From: Candidatus Woesearchaeota archaeon
GTDB lineage: Archaea; Nanobdellota; Nanobdellia; Woesearchaeales; GW2011-AR9
DNA length: 64,000 bases
Assembly (NCBI GenBank): GCA_018696595.1
Contig: JABHQW010000003.1
Coordinates: forward strand, 32,001 to 96,000
Direction: 5' to 3'
Numbering within the stretch: position 1 is the first letter of the stretch; each line of letters begins with the position of its first letter. Of this stretch, positions 9,656-18,028 are shown in pieces. The position numbers were made by a program, and so were the translations under genes. Under the pieces are notes generated by a model. The model was not told the origin of the DNA, did not search any database, and was given only the letters and a program-made list of their open reading frames with translations.

Positions 9656-11395
9656 AAATGAAACTAGAAAGAATACTTGCGGAAACAGAACTGGCAAGAG
9701 ATTATCGAAGAATAATTAGATCGAATGATTTCTTAGGGGATAAAATAAAAGAAGCAGTTCAGAAAATTAGGGGTATTCATCAAGTTAAACGTTATTTAGG
9801 ACATGTTGATTTATTATCAAAAAAGTGGAGTGCTTATTTAGATGATCCTCCTGTTAATTATGGGATCGCTTTTGCTCATTATGCTTGGTTTAGTATGGAT
9901 TTGCCTTTTTACACTAGGGCTTTTTCTAAAGTAGAAGAAGAGTTTTCAGATGTCATTTCAGATATAATCCTTCAAGTGAATAAGAAAACTAATCATCTTT
10001 CTAAATTAGCTTACGTTTTTGAAACGCCGTATAATAAAAATTGGGGTAATACTTTGCCATATAAAAAACAACGTCAACAATACTTTTCTCTTCTACATAA
10101 ACTACAAGCTGTTGATCCAGATGTTATTGCCGATGCACATTATCTTCTTTCTTGTTTAATAAAGAATCAAGAAAAAGAATATCCTTTAGAAAAAATAGTG
10201 TCAAATATTTGTGAACTGGACAAATTGGGTGATGACCCCCATCTGAATTCATCCTCTGTCCAAGGGATGCCAGAAACTGTTAGATCACTTGCACAAACAT
10301 ATATTGAAGGTCTAAATTTTTTGGCAGGGCCAACATATATTAAAGAATTTGAAGAAGATTTAAATTTAAAAGACATACTTAATGACGATACAGTTGATTT
10401 ACATTTTGAAAAAGTAATCGCTTTTGCTAAAAAATGTGACTCTGTTTGTAATCAACGAAATCAATTAACAAACAACATAGATTATCTTGAATCTGTAGAA
10501 TATAAAGAGATAGATTCAAAAGCTGATAAGTACAATGGAATTGTTGGTGCTTTTGCAATGGGCCTTCCAATAATACAACAATTAAATCCAAGTGCCGTTG
10601 ATGATTATGTCCATACTGCTTCTGAAATGATAATTCGTGCTGTTGATATTAACAAAGTGGAATTAGCATTCAAAAGTTTAATTACCCATATGGGAGGTTA
10701 TAAATTAATATCTACGGGTATACGTTCAATTGTTGTTTTTTCTGGTGATTCTATCAGTAAGTTTTCATCAGACATCTCATATGAAGCAGAATTACATCAT
10801 AAATTAGAAAATCCAATAAATGTTGTTTCGGCAGTAAAAGAAAGCAATACTGAAATAACTTTAGAATTAAAATATATTCATGGTCACTCACTTGAAGAAT
10901 TAATGGATATTAATCAATTATCTTTAGATTTAATAAAGAAATATTCTTCAGGTATTTTCAACGGTCTTCAAGAACTTCGCCAAGTAGGGATTTATCAGCA
11001 TCGTGATATTCGTCCAGCAAATATTATGGTTGACGAAGAAAAAGAAAGAGCAATAATAATTGATTTAGGAATTGCTACAACAGACCCATTAGACCCCCCT
11101 AAAGATAACCGCAGATATGGCGGCCCAAACGATTTAGTTTCTCTCGGACAAGTGATGTATAAGATGGCTACTGGCGAACATATTTTTGCTGAATCTGAAT
11201 CTATGGAAAGAACGATTTACGCAGACGAGTTAAAAGATCATCGTGATTGGATTTATGGGGGAGATGAAAGGTTAGATCCATATCTTAGAATAGTTAATGA
11301 AACTGTTACAGATGATAAAGTGGCAGATTTAATAAAATTATGTCTGACGGCAAAAGGTACAGAAGAAGATTATCAGAGATTAGAGGAGAGGTTTG
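9212..11395 (+). repeat. 436-bp direct repeat (9212-9647 and 10960-11395) encoding the kinase C-lobes
   Basis: Manual alignment shows no indels and 23 mismatches (~95% identity). Confidence 0.95.
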
Positions 11396-11409
11396 AAAAT
11401 ATTGTTTGA
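9658..11409 (+). CDS. Ser/Thr protein kinase with an unrelated N-terminal domain and a degenerate Gly-rich loop
   Basis: ATG at 9658 lies two bases after the upstream stop and is preferred over the track start at 9592. HRDIRPANI and DLG are intact; the G-loop reads ISTGIRSIV. Confidence 0.85.
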   Translation: MKLERILAETELARDYRRIIRSNDFLGDKIKEAVQKIRGIHQVKRYLGHVDLLSKKWSAYLDDPPVNYGIAFAHYAWFSMDLPFYTRAFSKVEEEFSDVISDIILQVNKKTNHLSKLAYVFETPYNKNWGNTLPYKKQRQQYFSLLHKLQAVDPDVIADAHYLLSCLIKNQEKEYPLEKIVSNICELDKLGDDPHLNSSSVQGMPETVRSLAQTYIEGLNFLAGPTYIKEFEEDLNLKDILNDDTVDLHFEKVIAFAKKCDSVCNQRNQLTNNIDYLESVEYKEIDSKADKYNGIVGAFAMGLPIIQQLNPSAVDDYVHTASEMIIRAVDINKVELAFKSLITHMGGYKLISTGIRSIVVFSGDSISKFSSDISYEAELHHKLENPINVVSAVKESNTEITLELKYIHGHSLEELMDINQLSLDLIKKYSSGIFNGLQELRQVGIYQHRDIRPANIMVDEEKERAIIIDLGIATTDPLDPPKDNRRYGGPNDLVSLGQVMYKMATGEHIFAESESMERTIYADELKDHRDWIYGGDERLDPYLRIVNETVTDDKVADLIKLCLTAKGTEEDYQRLEERFENIV

Positions 11410-11416
11410 AGATAGA

Positions 11417-12367
11417 CTAATGTGATTCGCTTTTATTTTTTCCTAGTTCTCTAATAATAGTGGCTCTAACAAAATCATTGATACAATCTAAAAATGGACT
11501 CACTTCATTAATTACTTTTAATTCATTTAAACCAAAATTAATATTTTCCATTCTTTTTATCAACTCGTACCTCTTATTGGTTAAGTTATGTTCCAAACTA
11601 CCTTTATGTAAGTGAAGAAAGTGTTCATAGACTAGTTCAAATATTTCTTGAAGAATATTTTTAACTCTTAGTGTGCAACCAAACCTAGCAGTTTTTTCTA
11701 CTAAATGTCTATATTTATCCATCATTTTATCAACAATCAGATATAAAGTGAATAATTGTGCCTTTTCTTCTTGACTTTTATCTGACTTATCTAAGACTCT
11801 CAGAAAATAAGTGATAAACTTACAAACATTATCATGGTAATCATAAGCATTTTCAGCATATAAATGGAAATCTTTTCCTATACTTTTTAAATATTCTTCC
11901 ATTACTTCTTTAAAAAGAAAAAATATTCTTTTTTCAATTATATTAATATTTTCTTCCTTATCTGTTAGGAAACAACGGAGTTCAGTCCTGTTCTTGGTTT
12001 GAGAAACTATTTCCATGCCAATGAAACGGGTAATCATTTTTTTTTTGATTAAAGATAAAATGTTAATGTTTTTATTATTTTTACCATCATAGATCTCAGG
12101 TTTAGAATACATAAGTGTGATTTTATTATAGTTGGTAATATATAATGTCTCCAAATATCTTCCCAGGATATGTTTATTAAAACCACTAATATCCAGCGTA
12201 ATCTTTTTTTCTTTCTCTTTTCTTTCTCCTAAAGAGAAATTAATTTCTTTTTCCCCTAAAGAGACGTCTAATTCATCTCCCTTAGAAACATTATTCTTTT
12301 TAACCCACTTGTTAGGCAAGGAAACCATTAACGTACTAGGACCAATTTGAGCTACTTTTCGCTTCAT
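11417..12367 (-). CDS. AbrB/SpoVT-domain PhoU-like regulator
   Basis: N-terminus RKVAQIGPSTLMVSLPNKWVKKNNVSKGDEL followed by helical PhoU-like repeats, typical of archaeal phosphate uptake regulators. Confidence 0.8.
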   Translation of the reverse strand: MKRKVAQIGPSTLMVSLPNKWVKKNNVSKGDELDVSLGEKEINFSLGERKEKEKKITLDISGFNKHILGRYLETLYITNYNKITLMYSKPEIYDGKNNKNINILSLIKKKMITRFIGMEIVSQTKNRTELRCFLTDKEENINIIEKRIFFLFKEVMEEYLKSIGKDFHLYAENAYDYHDNVCKFITYFLRVLDKSDKSQEEKAQLFTLYLIVDKMMDKYRHLVEKTARFGCTLRVKNILQEIFELVYEHFLHLHKGSLEHNLTNKRYELIKRMENINFGLNELKVINEVSPFLDCINDFVRATIIRELGKNKSESH

Positions 12368-12482
12368 AATTCCAATAATCTCGGATAATATTTAAACTTT
12401 TCGGAAAATTATAATATTATAATGCATTATTATAATATAATCATTAAATATATATTCCTCTTTAAGTTTACTAATAGTTAAG

Positions 12483-12500
12483 AACGGAACAATTTCCGTT
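12483..12500. promoter_or_regulatory. 18-bp palindrome AACGGAA-caat-TTCCGTT just before the GGAGG RBS of ORF 12514
   Basis: Perfect 7-bp arms read directly from the sequence. Confidence 0.6.
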
Positions 12501-12513
12501 TGGAGGCAAAAAA

Positions 12514-12936
12514 ATGAAAAAACATATGGTTGAAAAAGATGGGATTTATGGTGCATTAATTATGGCTGCAAAGAACCCTAATACAGATTCTTCAAAGAAT
12601 CTAGCAAAAGCGGGATTGAACTTTCAGTATAAGAAAAATCAAATCATGGAACAATATGTAATACCTGTTAATGGTGGGATATATCAAGTTCAAGTATTAG
12701 ATTTCTTAGGTGATCAATATGGACTTGAAGGAGTAATGGCTATGGGTGTAAATACTAATGGGGATGAAATGAACAATGTGTTGGATTTTCTCTTAACTAC
12801 AGCAGGGATTGTACCTTTAGATCAAGAAGTATTTAATGGCAATCCATTAAAAGAAAAATACACTGAAGTACTTGAAAAAATGGTTACTGATTATGCAAAT
12901 ACTTTGGTAATTAATACACCAGACACAGTGAATTAA
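12514..12936 (+). CDS. Hypothetical protein
   Basis: GGAGG RBS and a 1-bp gap to the downstream Lrp gene. No recognisable domain. Confidence 0.7.
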   Translation: MKKHMVEKDGIYGALIMAAKNPNTDSSKNLAKAGLNFQYKKNQIMEQYVIPVNGGIYQVQVLDFLGDQYGLEGVMAMGVNTNGDEMNNVLDFLLTTAGIVPLDQEVFNGNPLKEKYTEVLEKMVTDYANTLVINTPDTVN

Positions 12937-12937
12937 A

Positions 12938-13375
12938 ATGAATCCAAAAACCTTACAACTCTTGATGCATTTAAGAGAGAACTCTAGAGAGAAGCTTACA
13001 AGTATTAGTAAAAAAACTAATATCCCGATCTCTACCCTCTTTGATCTGTTGAAAGAGTTGCAGGGGGGTTTAATTCTCAAAAGTACTGTTTTATTAGATT
13101 ATTCTAAGTTGGGTTATCATGCTAGAGCAAAAGTGTTTCTGAAAGTAAGTAATGAGAATAAAGAGAAATTAAAAAACCACTTGAACTTAAATCCCAATGT
13201 GAACACAATTTACAAAATTAATAATGGGTGGAGTTTTTTAATTGAAACTGTACATAAGAATATTAAAGAATTAGATATTTTTCTGGAGAAGTTAGAAGAT
13301 AATTATAATATTGAAAACAAACAAATTCATTATTTAATTGATGAAGTTAAAAGAGAAGGTTTTGTGGTTGATTGA
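12938..13375 (+). CDS. Lrp/AsnC family transcriptional regulator
   Basis: N-terminal HTH (LRENSREKLTSISKKTNIPISTL), LDYSKLGY linker and a RAM-like C-terminus. Confidence 0.9.
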   Translation: MNPKTLQLLMHLRENSREKLTSISKKTNIPISTLFDLLKELQGGLILKSTVLLDYSKLGYHARAKVFLKVSNENKEKLKNHLNLNPNVNTIYKINNGWSFLIETVHKNIKELDIFLEKLEDNYNIENKQIHYLIDEVKREGFVVD

Positions 13376-13384
13376 ATATTAAAT

Positions 13385-14593
13385 TCATTTAATCTCTTTA
13401 TATCCTAAAACCTGGTTTTCTTTATCTCTTAATTCAACATATTTTTCTGGTTCTCTAGCTATGTCATACCAGAATCTTACTCTGCTGAATCCGTTCTTTG
13501 CTTTTCCATTACATCTAATTACGCCCATTCCAGCCCAAGGAACTGGCTGTGTTTTTTTGTTTACCAAATGAATCCCTAATTGTCCACTTTTTGGATGAAC
13601 TGTTCCTCTTAGATGTTCAGAAAAATACTTCTCCAAAACCTTTAATTCTCTAAGTGTATAATTTAAAGCTAAGTATCCTACAGTAAAGTCTTCAATATTT
13701 TGATCTATAACTTCTCTTCTTTCATCTTTACTTATGTTTTCCCCATATACTAAATCATGAAAATAATCAAACTCTTCTTGAGTTGATTCTCCATGAACTG
13801 GAACAAAGTTATTGCCAACAAGTGTGTCTAAATTTAGATTTCTTTTTGAATTTCTAGCCAACTCACAAACTTCTGGTTTTTTTCTTATGGTTTCCCATGA
13901 TGCATGAAGATTACTCAAATGCTTTTTATAACAATCATCCCACTGACTTTTAAATGGAGATACTAGATCCTCTATAATATCATATACTTTAATTGGTGCC
14001 TTTAGGTGTTTTATAATTTCCTTTAATTCATCACGATAATTTCTTGCACAACTTTTATCAACACCAAATAAATCAGAATATAGTATCCCATCACTTGCAA
14101 TTATTATTTCTACTCCTGGTTCATAAACTCTTTGTATAGAATCAGAAATTCCCGATAATTGGGTCACTGAAGCAATCTCAGCTAAACCCGCAATTCTTGA
14201 ATTGTTCCGTAAAGGATTTGGTAACTTAAATGGAAATGAAGGGATAATAATTTTTATAGGTTCATTAGATGAGATTGAATTATTAAAATTATTGATGAAA
14301 TATTCTTTGCTTTCAGTTAAATTACATGCAGGGCCATTTCTAATCCTCTGATTTAAAAATATGGAAAGAATCTTTTCAGCTAAGTTTCCATTGTATTTAC
14401 GTGCATTATTTCCTATTGATTCATAAATACATTTATGTAATTCCTTCCATTCTGAATAATCAAAATTTTCAATTTGTTTTATCTCAATCTCTTTTTTCTC
14501 AGATAGCTTGCCTAATGATTTTCTAAAAAAGAATTCTGGTTCAGCGACTGTACTCATTATTACTCTTTCATCAAATTGTTTTGCTAATGTCAT
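13385..14593 (-). CDS. DIT1/PvcA-family (isocyanide synthase-like) protein
   Basis: IIIPSFPFKLPNP, AEIAS..QL...SDSIQRVYEPGVEIIIASDG.LYSD and RGTVHPKSGQLGIHL...PW match the DIT1/PvcA pattern as recalled. Confidence 0.8.
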   Translation of the reverse strand: MTLAKQFDERVIMSTVAEPEFFFRKSLGKLSEKKEIEIKQIENFDYSEWKELHKCIYESIGNNARKYNGNLAEKILSIFLNQRIRNGPACNLTESKEYFINNFNNSISSNEPIKIIIPSFPFKLPNPLRNNSRIAGLAEIASVTQLSGISDSIQRVYEPGVEIIIASDGILYSDLFGVDKSCARNYRDELKEIIKHLKAPIKVYDIIEDLVSPFKSQWDDCYKKHLSNLHASWETIRKKPEVCELARNSKRNLNLDTLVGNNFVPVHGESTQEEFDYFHDLVYGENISKDERREVIDQNIEDFTVGYLALNYTLRELKVLEKYFSEHLRGTVHPKSGQLGIHLVNKKTQPVPWAGMGVIRCNGKAKNGFSRVRFWYDIAREPEKYVELRDKENQVLGYKEIK

Positions 14594-14641
14594 GAGTATT
14601 AATTTGATGACAATATAAAAGTGTATTTCTACAGAAAAACC

Positions 14642-14704
14642 GTAATATTTCCGAGCGATTTAAATGGATATAAGAAGAATAACATTCTATTCGTAAATTA
14701 TCCG
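14642..14704. promoter_or_regulatory. Two 13-bp operator-like sites (14642-14654, 14692-14704) in the divergent isocyanide synthase/oxidoreductase promoter region
   Basis: CGTAATATTTCCG and CGTAAATTATCCG, both followed by AG and spaced 50 bp apart. Confidence 0.65.
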
Positions 14705-14751
14705 AGAAGTCTGTAGAAATGTTTATTAAATGATTAGAATATTAATGTTAT

Positions 14752-15738
14752 ATGAAAGCGTATCAACTAATAAAATATGGGCCTTCCAAGGAAGCATTTA
14801 AAACAATTGATGTAAAGACTCCAGAGATCAATGATGATGAACTTCTTGTTAAAGTTAAAGCAGCAGGAATTAATCCTGTTGATATTAAGATGAGATTAGG
14901 AATGATTCCTTCACTTGATCTACCAACTATTTTGGGTTATGATTTCTCAGGTGTTGTGGAGAAAGTTGGCAAGAATGTTACTCGGTTTAAGATTGGTGAT
15001 GAGGTATATTCAGCTGGTGCTAATCCTCATGATAAAGGAGGATCTTATGCAGAATACACTGCAGTAAATGAAAGATTAGCTGCAATAAAACCAAAGAATA
15101 TTACTTTTGTAGAAGCTGCTTCAATTCCTCTCGTGGGAATTACTGCTTATGAAGCTATATTCGAAAAACTAAATCTTCAAGAAAAAGAAGATATACTCAT
15201 TCATGGCGGTACTGGTGGTGTTGGATCAATTGCAATTCAATTAGCAAAACTTAAAGGGGCAGAAGTTTACTCAACCATCAGTTCACTTAGGAAAAAGAAG
15301 ATTGTTGAATCTTTGGGGGCCATTAGTATTGACTACACCGAAGAATGTTTTGTAAGGTATGCAAAGAATCTTCCAGGGAGTGGTTTTACAAAAATATTTG
15401 ATACTGTTGGTGGTAAAGTTTTCCAAGAAAGTTTGGGAGCACTTAAGCCCTATGGTCAAATAGCTTCAATTTTAAATGTTTTTGATGAAAGTTTAGATTT
15501 AAGTAGTGCAATGATTAATAATGCTTCTATACATTTTACAATGATGCTTTTACCTCTTAGATTGGGATTATATGATCAAATGAAAAAACAAGGGGTCATA
15601 CTTGAGAATTTATGTCATTTAATTGAATCTGGAAAAATAGTTCCAAGAGTAGAAAAAGTATTTTCAGATATGATTAAAGCTCATAATCATGCAGAAAAAG
15701 GTGGATTAGAAGGAAAACTAGTTGTTGAGTTTAATTAA
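14752..15738 (+). CDS. NAD(P)H-dependent quinone-oxidoreductase-like MDR enzyme (zinc-independent)
   Basis: GINPVD, GYDFSGVV, GGSYAEY and ILIHGGTGGVGSIAIQLAK motifs. No zinc-binding Cys cluster. Confidence 0.9.
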   Translation: MKAYQLIKYGPSKEAFKTIDVKTPEINDDELLVKVKAAGINPVDIKMRLGMIPSLDLPTILGYDFSGVVEKVGKNVTRFKIGDEVYSAGANPHDKGGSYAEYTAVNERLAAIKPKNITFVEAASIPLVGITAYEAIFEKLNLQEKEDILIHGGTGGVGSIAIQLAKLKGAEVYSTISSLRKKKIVESLGAISIDYTEECFVRYAKNLPGSGFTKIFDTVGGKVFQESLGALKPYGQIASILNVFDESLDLSSAMINNASIHFTMMLLPLRLGLYDQMKKQGVILENLCHLIESGKIVPRVEKVFSDMIKAHNHAEKGGLEGKLVVEFN

Positions 15739-15776
15739 TATTTAACACCATTTTATATACTTATCAAACTAAAACC

Positions 15777-16334
15777 ATGAAAATGACATACATATCTTTT
15801 AAAGAGAGAGAAACTAAAAATAATTATGCTGCCGATGAAGTTATTTCTGCATTACAAAAAGAAATTCGTCGTGGTAATCTAGAATCTGCATGTTTCTTTG
15901 GATTAGAATTGTTGGAATCTGGTTTGGAATTTGAAACCAAGTTTTGGGAAAGAATACTAGTGATTTCTGTTGAAGATATTGACGACGATAATAAAATACC
16001 ACTCATTAGATCATTAAAAGAAAATTACTTTGATTTAGTAAACTCAAAAAATTGGGACAAACATATGCAAGCAATTCAAGCTATAAAGATTCTGTGTGAA
16101 GCTAAGAAGGGCAGGATTATTAGTGAATTATATGATGTACTACAATTAAGGAAAAAAGATGGCTGGAAAGTTAAGGTACCAGATTATGCACTTGACAAAC
16201 ATACTAAGAAAGGAAAAGAAATGGGTAGAAGTTATAACCATTTCTTTGTTGAAGCTGCAAAAATAATTAATGTAAATAAAGTTGAAGATTTTAGATATCT
16301 AAATGAACTAAAAAAATATTATAAAATTAATTAA
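15777..16334 (+). CDS. Stand-alone RarA/MgsA-like helical domain protein
   Basis: DEVISALQKEIRRG, RILVISVEDI and VPDYALDKHT motifs. No Walker motifs. Confidence 0.6.
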   Translation: MKMTYISFKERETKNNYAADEVISALQKEIRRGNLESACFFGLELLESGLEFETKFWERILVISVEDIDDDNKIPLIRSLKENYFDLVNSKNWDKHMQAIQAIKILCEAKKGRIISELYDVLQLRKKDGWKVKVPDYALDKHTKKGKEMGRSYNHFFVEAAKIINVNKVEDFRYLNELKKYYKIN

Positions 16335-17434
16335 AATTTTTTCTTAAATTCTCTTAAAACTAATTCCGATAACAAAACATTTGAATCAACACTATCTTTA
16401 ATTTCATCTTCTTTCATTAAACTAACTCTAGGTGCCCCTTCAGGTGCACGAATTAAAATAATATCACTTTCAGGAAATCTTTTACTAGCAAGTCTTGCAG
16501 TAGCTAATGATTTGCCATCATCATAGTATTTTTTAGGTAGATAAATTGTTTTACTTTTTGAAAATGATGTTAATGATAGACTGGGAGCATCCAAATTAGT
16601 TGGGCTTCCAGATAAATCAAAACTATTTTCGCCAACTAATATTATATTTGGTGATCTTGTTGAAATAAATGTTGGTTCAATTATATCAATCTCAATATCA
16701 TCTTGACCAACACGCGGCATTTTATTTAATAAATAGTTCTGCCAAAAAGATTTCACGCATTCACGAACATTAGTTGTACCTTTTAGCTTTCTTATTTCTG
16801 CTGTTTTTTCTTCACCTAAATCCCATTCTCTAGAATCATATGTTGAGCAATTAGATTCACTCCAATCTTTAATAAAAGTAGCAAAAGTCACATAATCACT
16901 TAATCGGGGAACTCTCGTAATATCCCATCCTTCTAATACTCTTGTACACTCAGTTAAAGTTCTTGGCGTGCTAAAATATTTGACGCCTTCTGCATCTAAC
17001 TTTTCGAACAATTTCTTTTCATGATAAACTTCAATTAATGAAACTCTTCCAAAAGTGTCAACAATTTCTTTATTTTCTTCAAATGCAGTTCCATCTAAAA
17101 CGCTGGCTTTTAATTGCATGAAAGAATAATACATTGGAATACTTAATGCACCTGCGCCTTTATTCAGATACCAGACATCAGGCATTCTTAATCCAATATC
17201 CTCATCATCTTCTGGACAAAGTTCATCTTGGTGTACTTGATAGCCTTCTTCAGATAATAGGTCTGCAAGAATATCTGTGTTTAATCCACCATAAGTTAAT
17301 ATTGGTAATTTAGAAGTTGTTTCTAAATCGAGATTATTATGTGAATTATTTAAATCACAAACATAAATTCTTGATTCGATCTTTCTAATATTTAATGGGT
17401 TTCTTATTTTTTGTTTTAAGTTTGTTTCGTACAT
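16331..17434 (-). CDS. Hypothetical protein
   Basis: 367-aa ORF convergent with 15777..16334. No recognised domain. Confidence 0.75.
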   Translation of the reverse strand: MYETNLKQKIRNPLNIRKIESRIYVCDLNNSHNNLDLETTSKLPILTYGGLNTDILADLLSEEGYQVHQDELCPEDDEDIGLRMPDVWYLNKGAGALSIPMYYSFMQLKASVLDGTAFEENKEIVDTFGRVSLIEVYHEKKLFEKLDAEGVKYFSTPRTLTECTRVLEGWDITRVPRLSDYVTFATFIKDWSESNCSTYDSREWDLGEEKTAEIRKLKGTTNVRECVKSFWQNYLLNKMPRVGQDDIEIDIIEPTFISTRSPNIILVGENSFDLSGSPTNLDAPSLSLTSFSKSKTIYLPKKYYDDGKSLATARLASKRFPESDIILIRAPEGAPRVSLMKEDEIKDSVDSNVLLSELVLREFKKKF

Positions 17435-17481
17435 AAGTAACTATAAATGATTCTTTTAAATTACTCTTTCCCCAAAAATCC

Positions 17482-17545
17482 CGTAACAATTCCGCACGTT
17501 TTCCGACGACATATAAAGAAAACAATGTTTCTCGGAAACTTTCCG
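17482..17545. promoter_or_regulatory. Cluster of 13-bp operator-like sites between ORF 16331-17434 and the second Lrp gene
   Basis: CGTAACAATTCCG (17482), CGCACGTTTTCCG (17493) and the perfect palindrome CGGAAACTTTCCG (17533). Confidence 0.65.
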
Positions 17546-17593
17546 GAACTTTAATAACAACGCTTTTTAAAAAGAAAATTAACATTTTCTAAA

Positions 17594-18028
17594 ATGAAAG
17601 AAAAAGAGCGGTTAATAATTTCACACTTAAGAAAAGATGCACGTTCTAGTTTAGCTTCAATTTCTTTTGATATTAAAATGCCCATTTCTACAATCTATGA
17701 TAAGATTAACCGTTTTCAAAAAGACAAGACTATCAGAAAACAGGTTGCACTAATAGATTTCAGAAAGTTAGGTTATCATCATCATACAAAATTAGCTTTA
17801 CAAGTTCCTCGTTTACAGAAACAATCCTTACAAGAATTCTTAACTAACCATTCAGCAATTAATTCTATTCATGAAATTAATAGTGATTATGATTTTATGG
17901 TTGAAACAGTGCATAAAGACATTAAAGAATATTTAGATTTTATTGAAACTTTAAATGAATCTTTTGACATTACGAATAAACAAGAATTTCAAATCATTAA
18001 TGATCTTGCAAGAGAAAAGTTTGTTTAA
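17594..18028 (+). CDS. Lrp/AsnC family transcriptional regulator
   Basis: HLRKDARSSLASISFDIKMPISTIYD HTH, IDFRKLGY linker and a RAM-like domain. Paralogue of 12938..13375. Confidence 0.9.
   Translation: MKEKERLIISHLRKDARSSLASISFDIKMPISTIYDKINRFQKDKTIRKQVALIDFRKLGYHHHTKLALQVPRLQKQSLQEFLTNHSAINSIHEINSDYDFMVETVHKDIKEYLDFIETLNESFDITNKQEFQIINDLAREKFV

Noticed and set aside
9212-11395. Kinase repeat as a DGR template/variable repeat pair
   Set aside because: Mismatches are not adenine-specific on either strand and many are synonymous. Both copies are coding and no reverse transcriptase is present.
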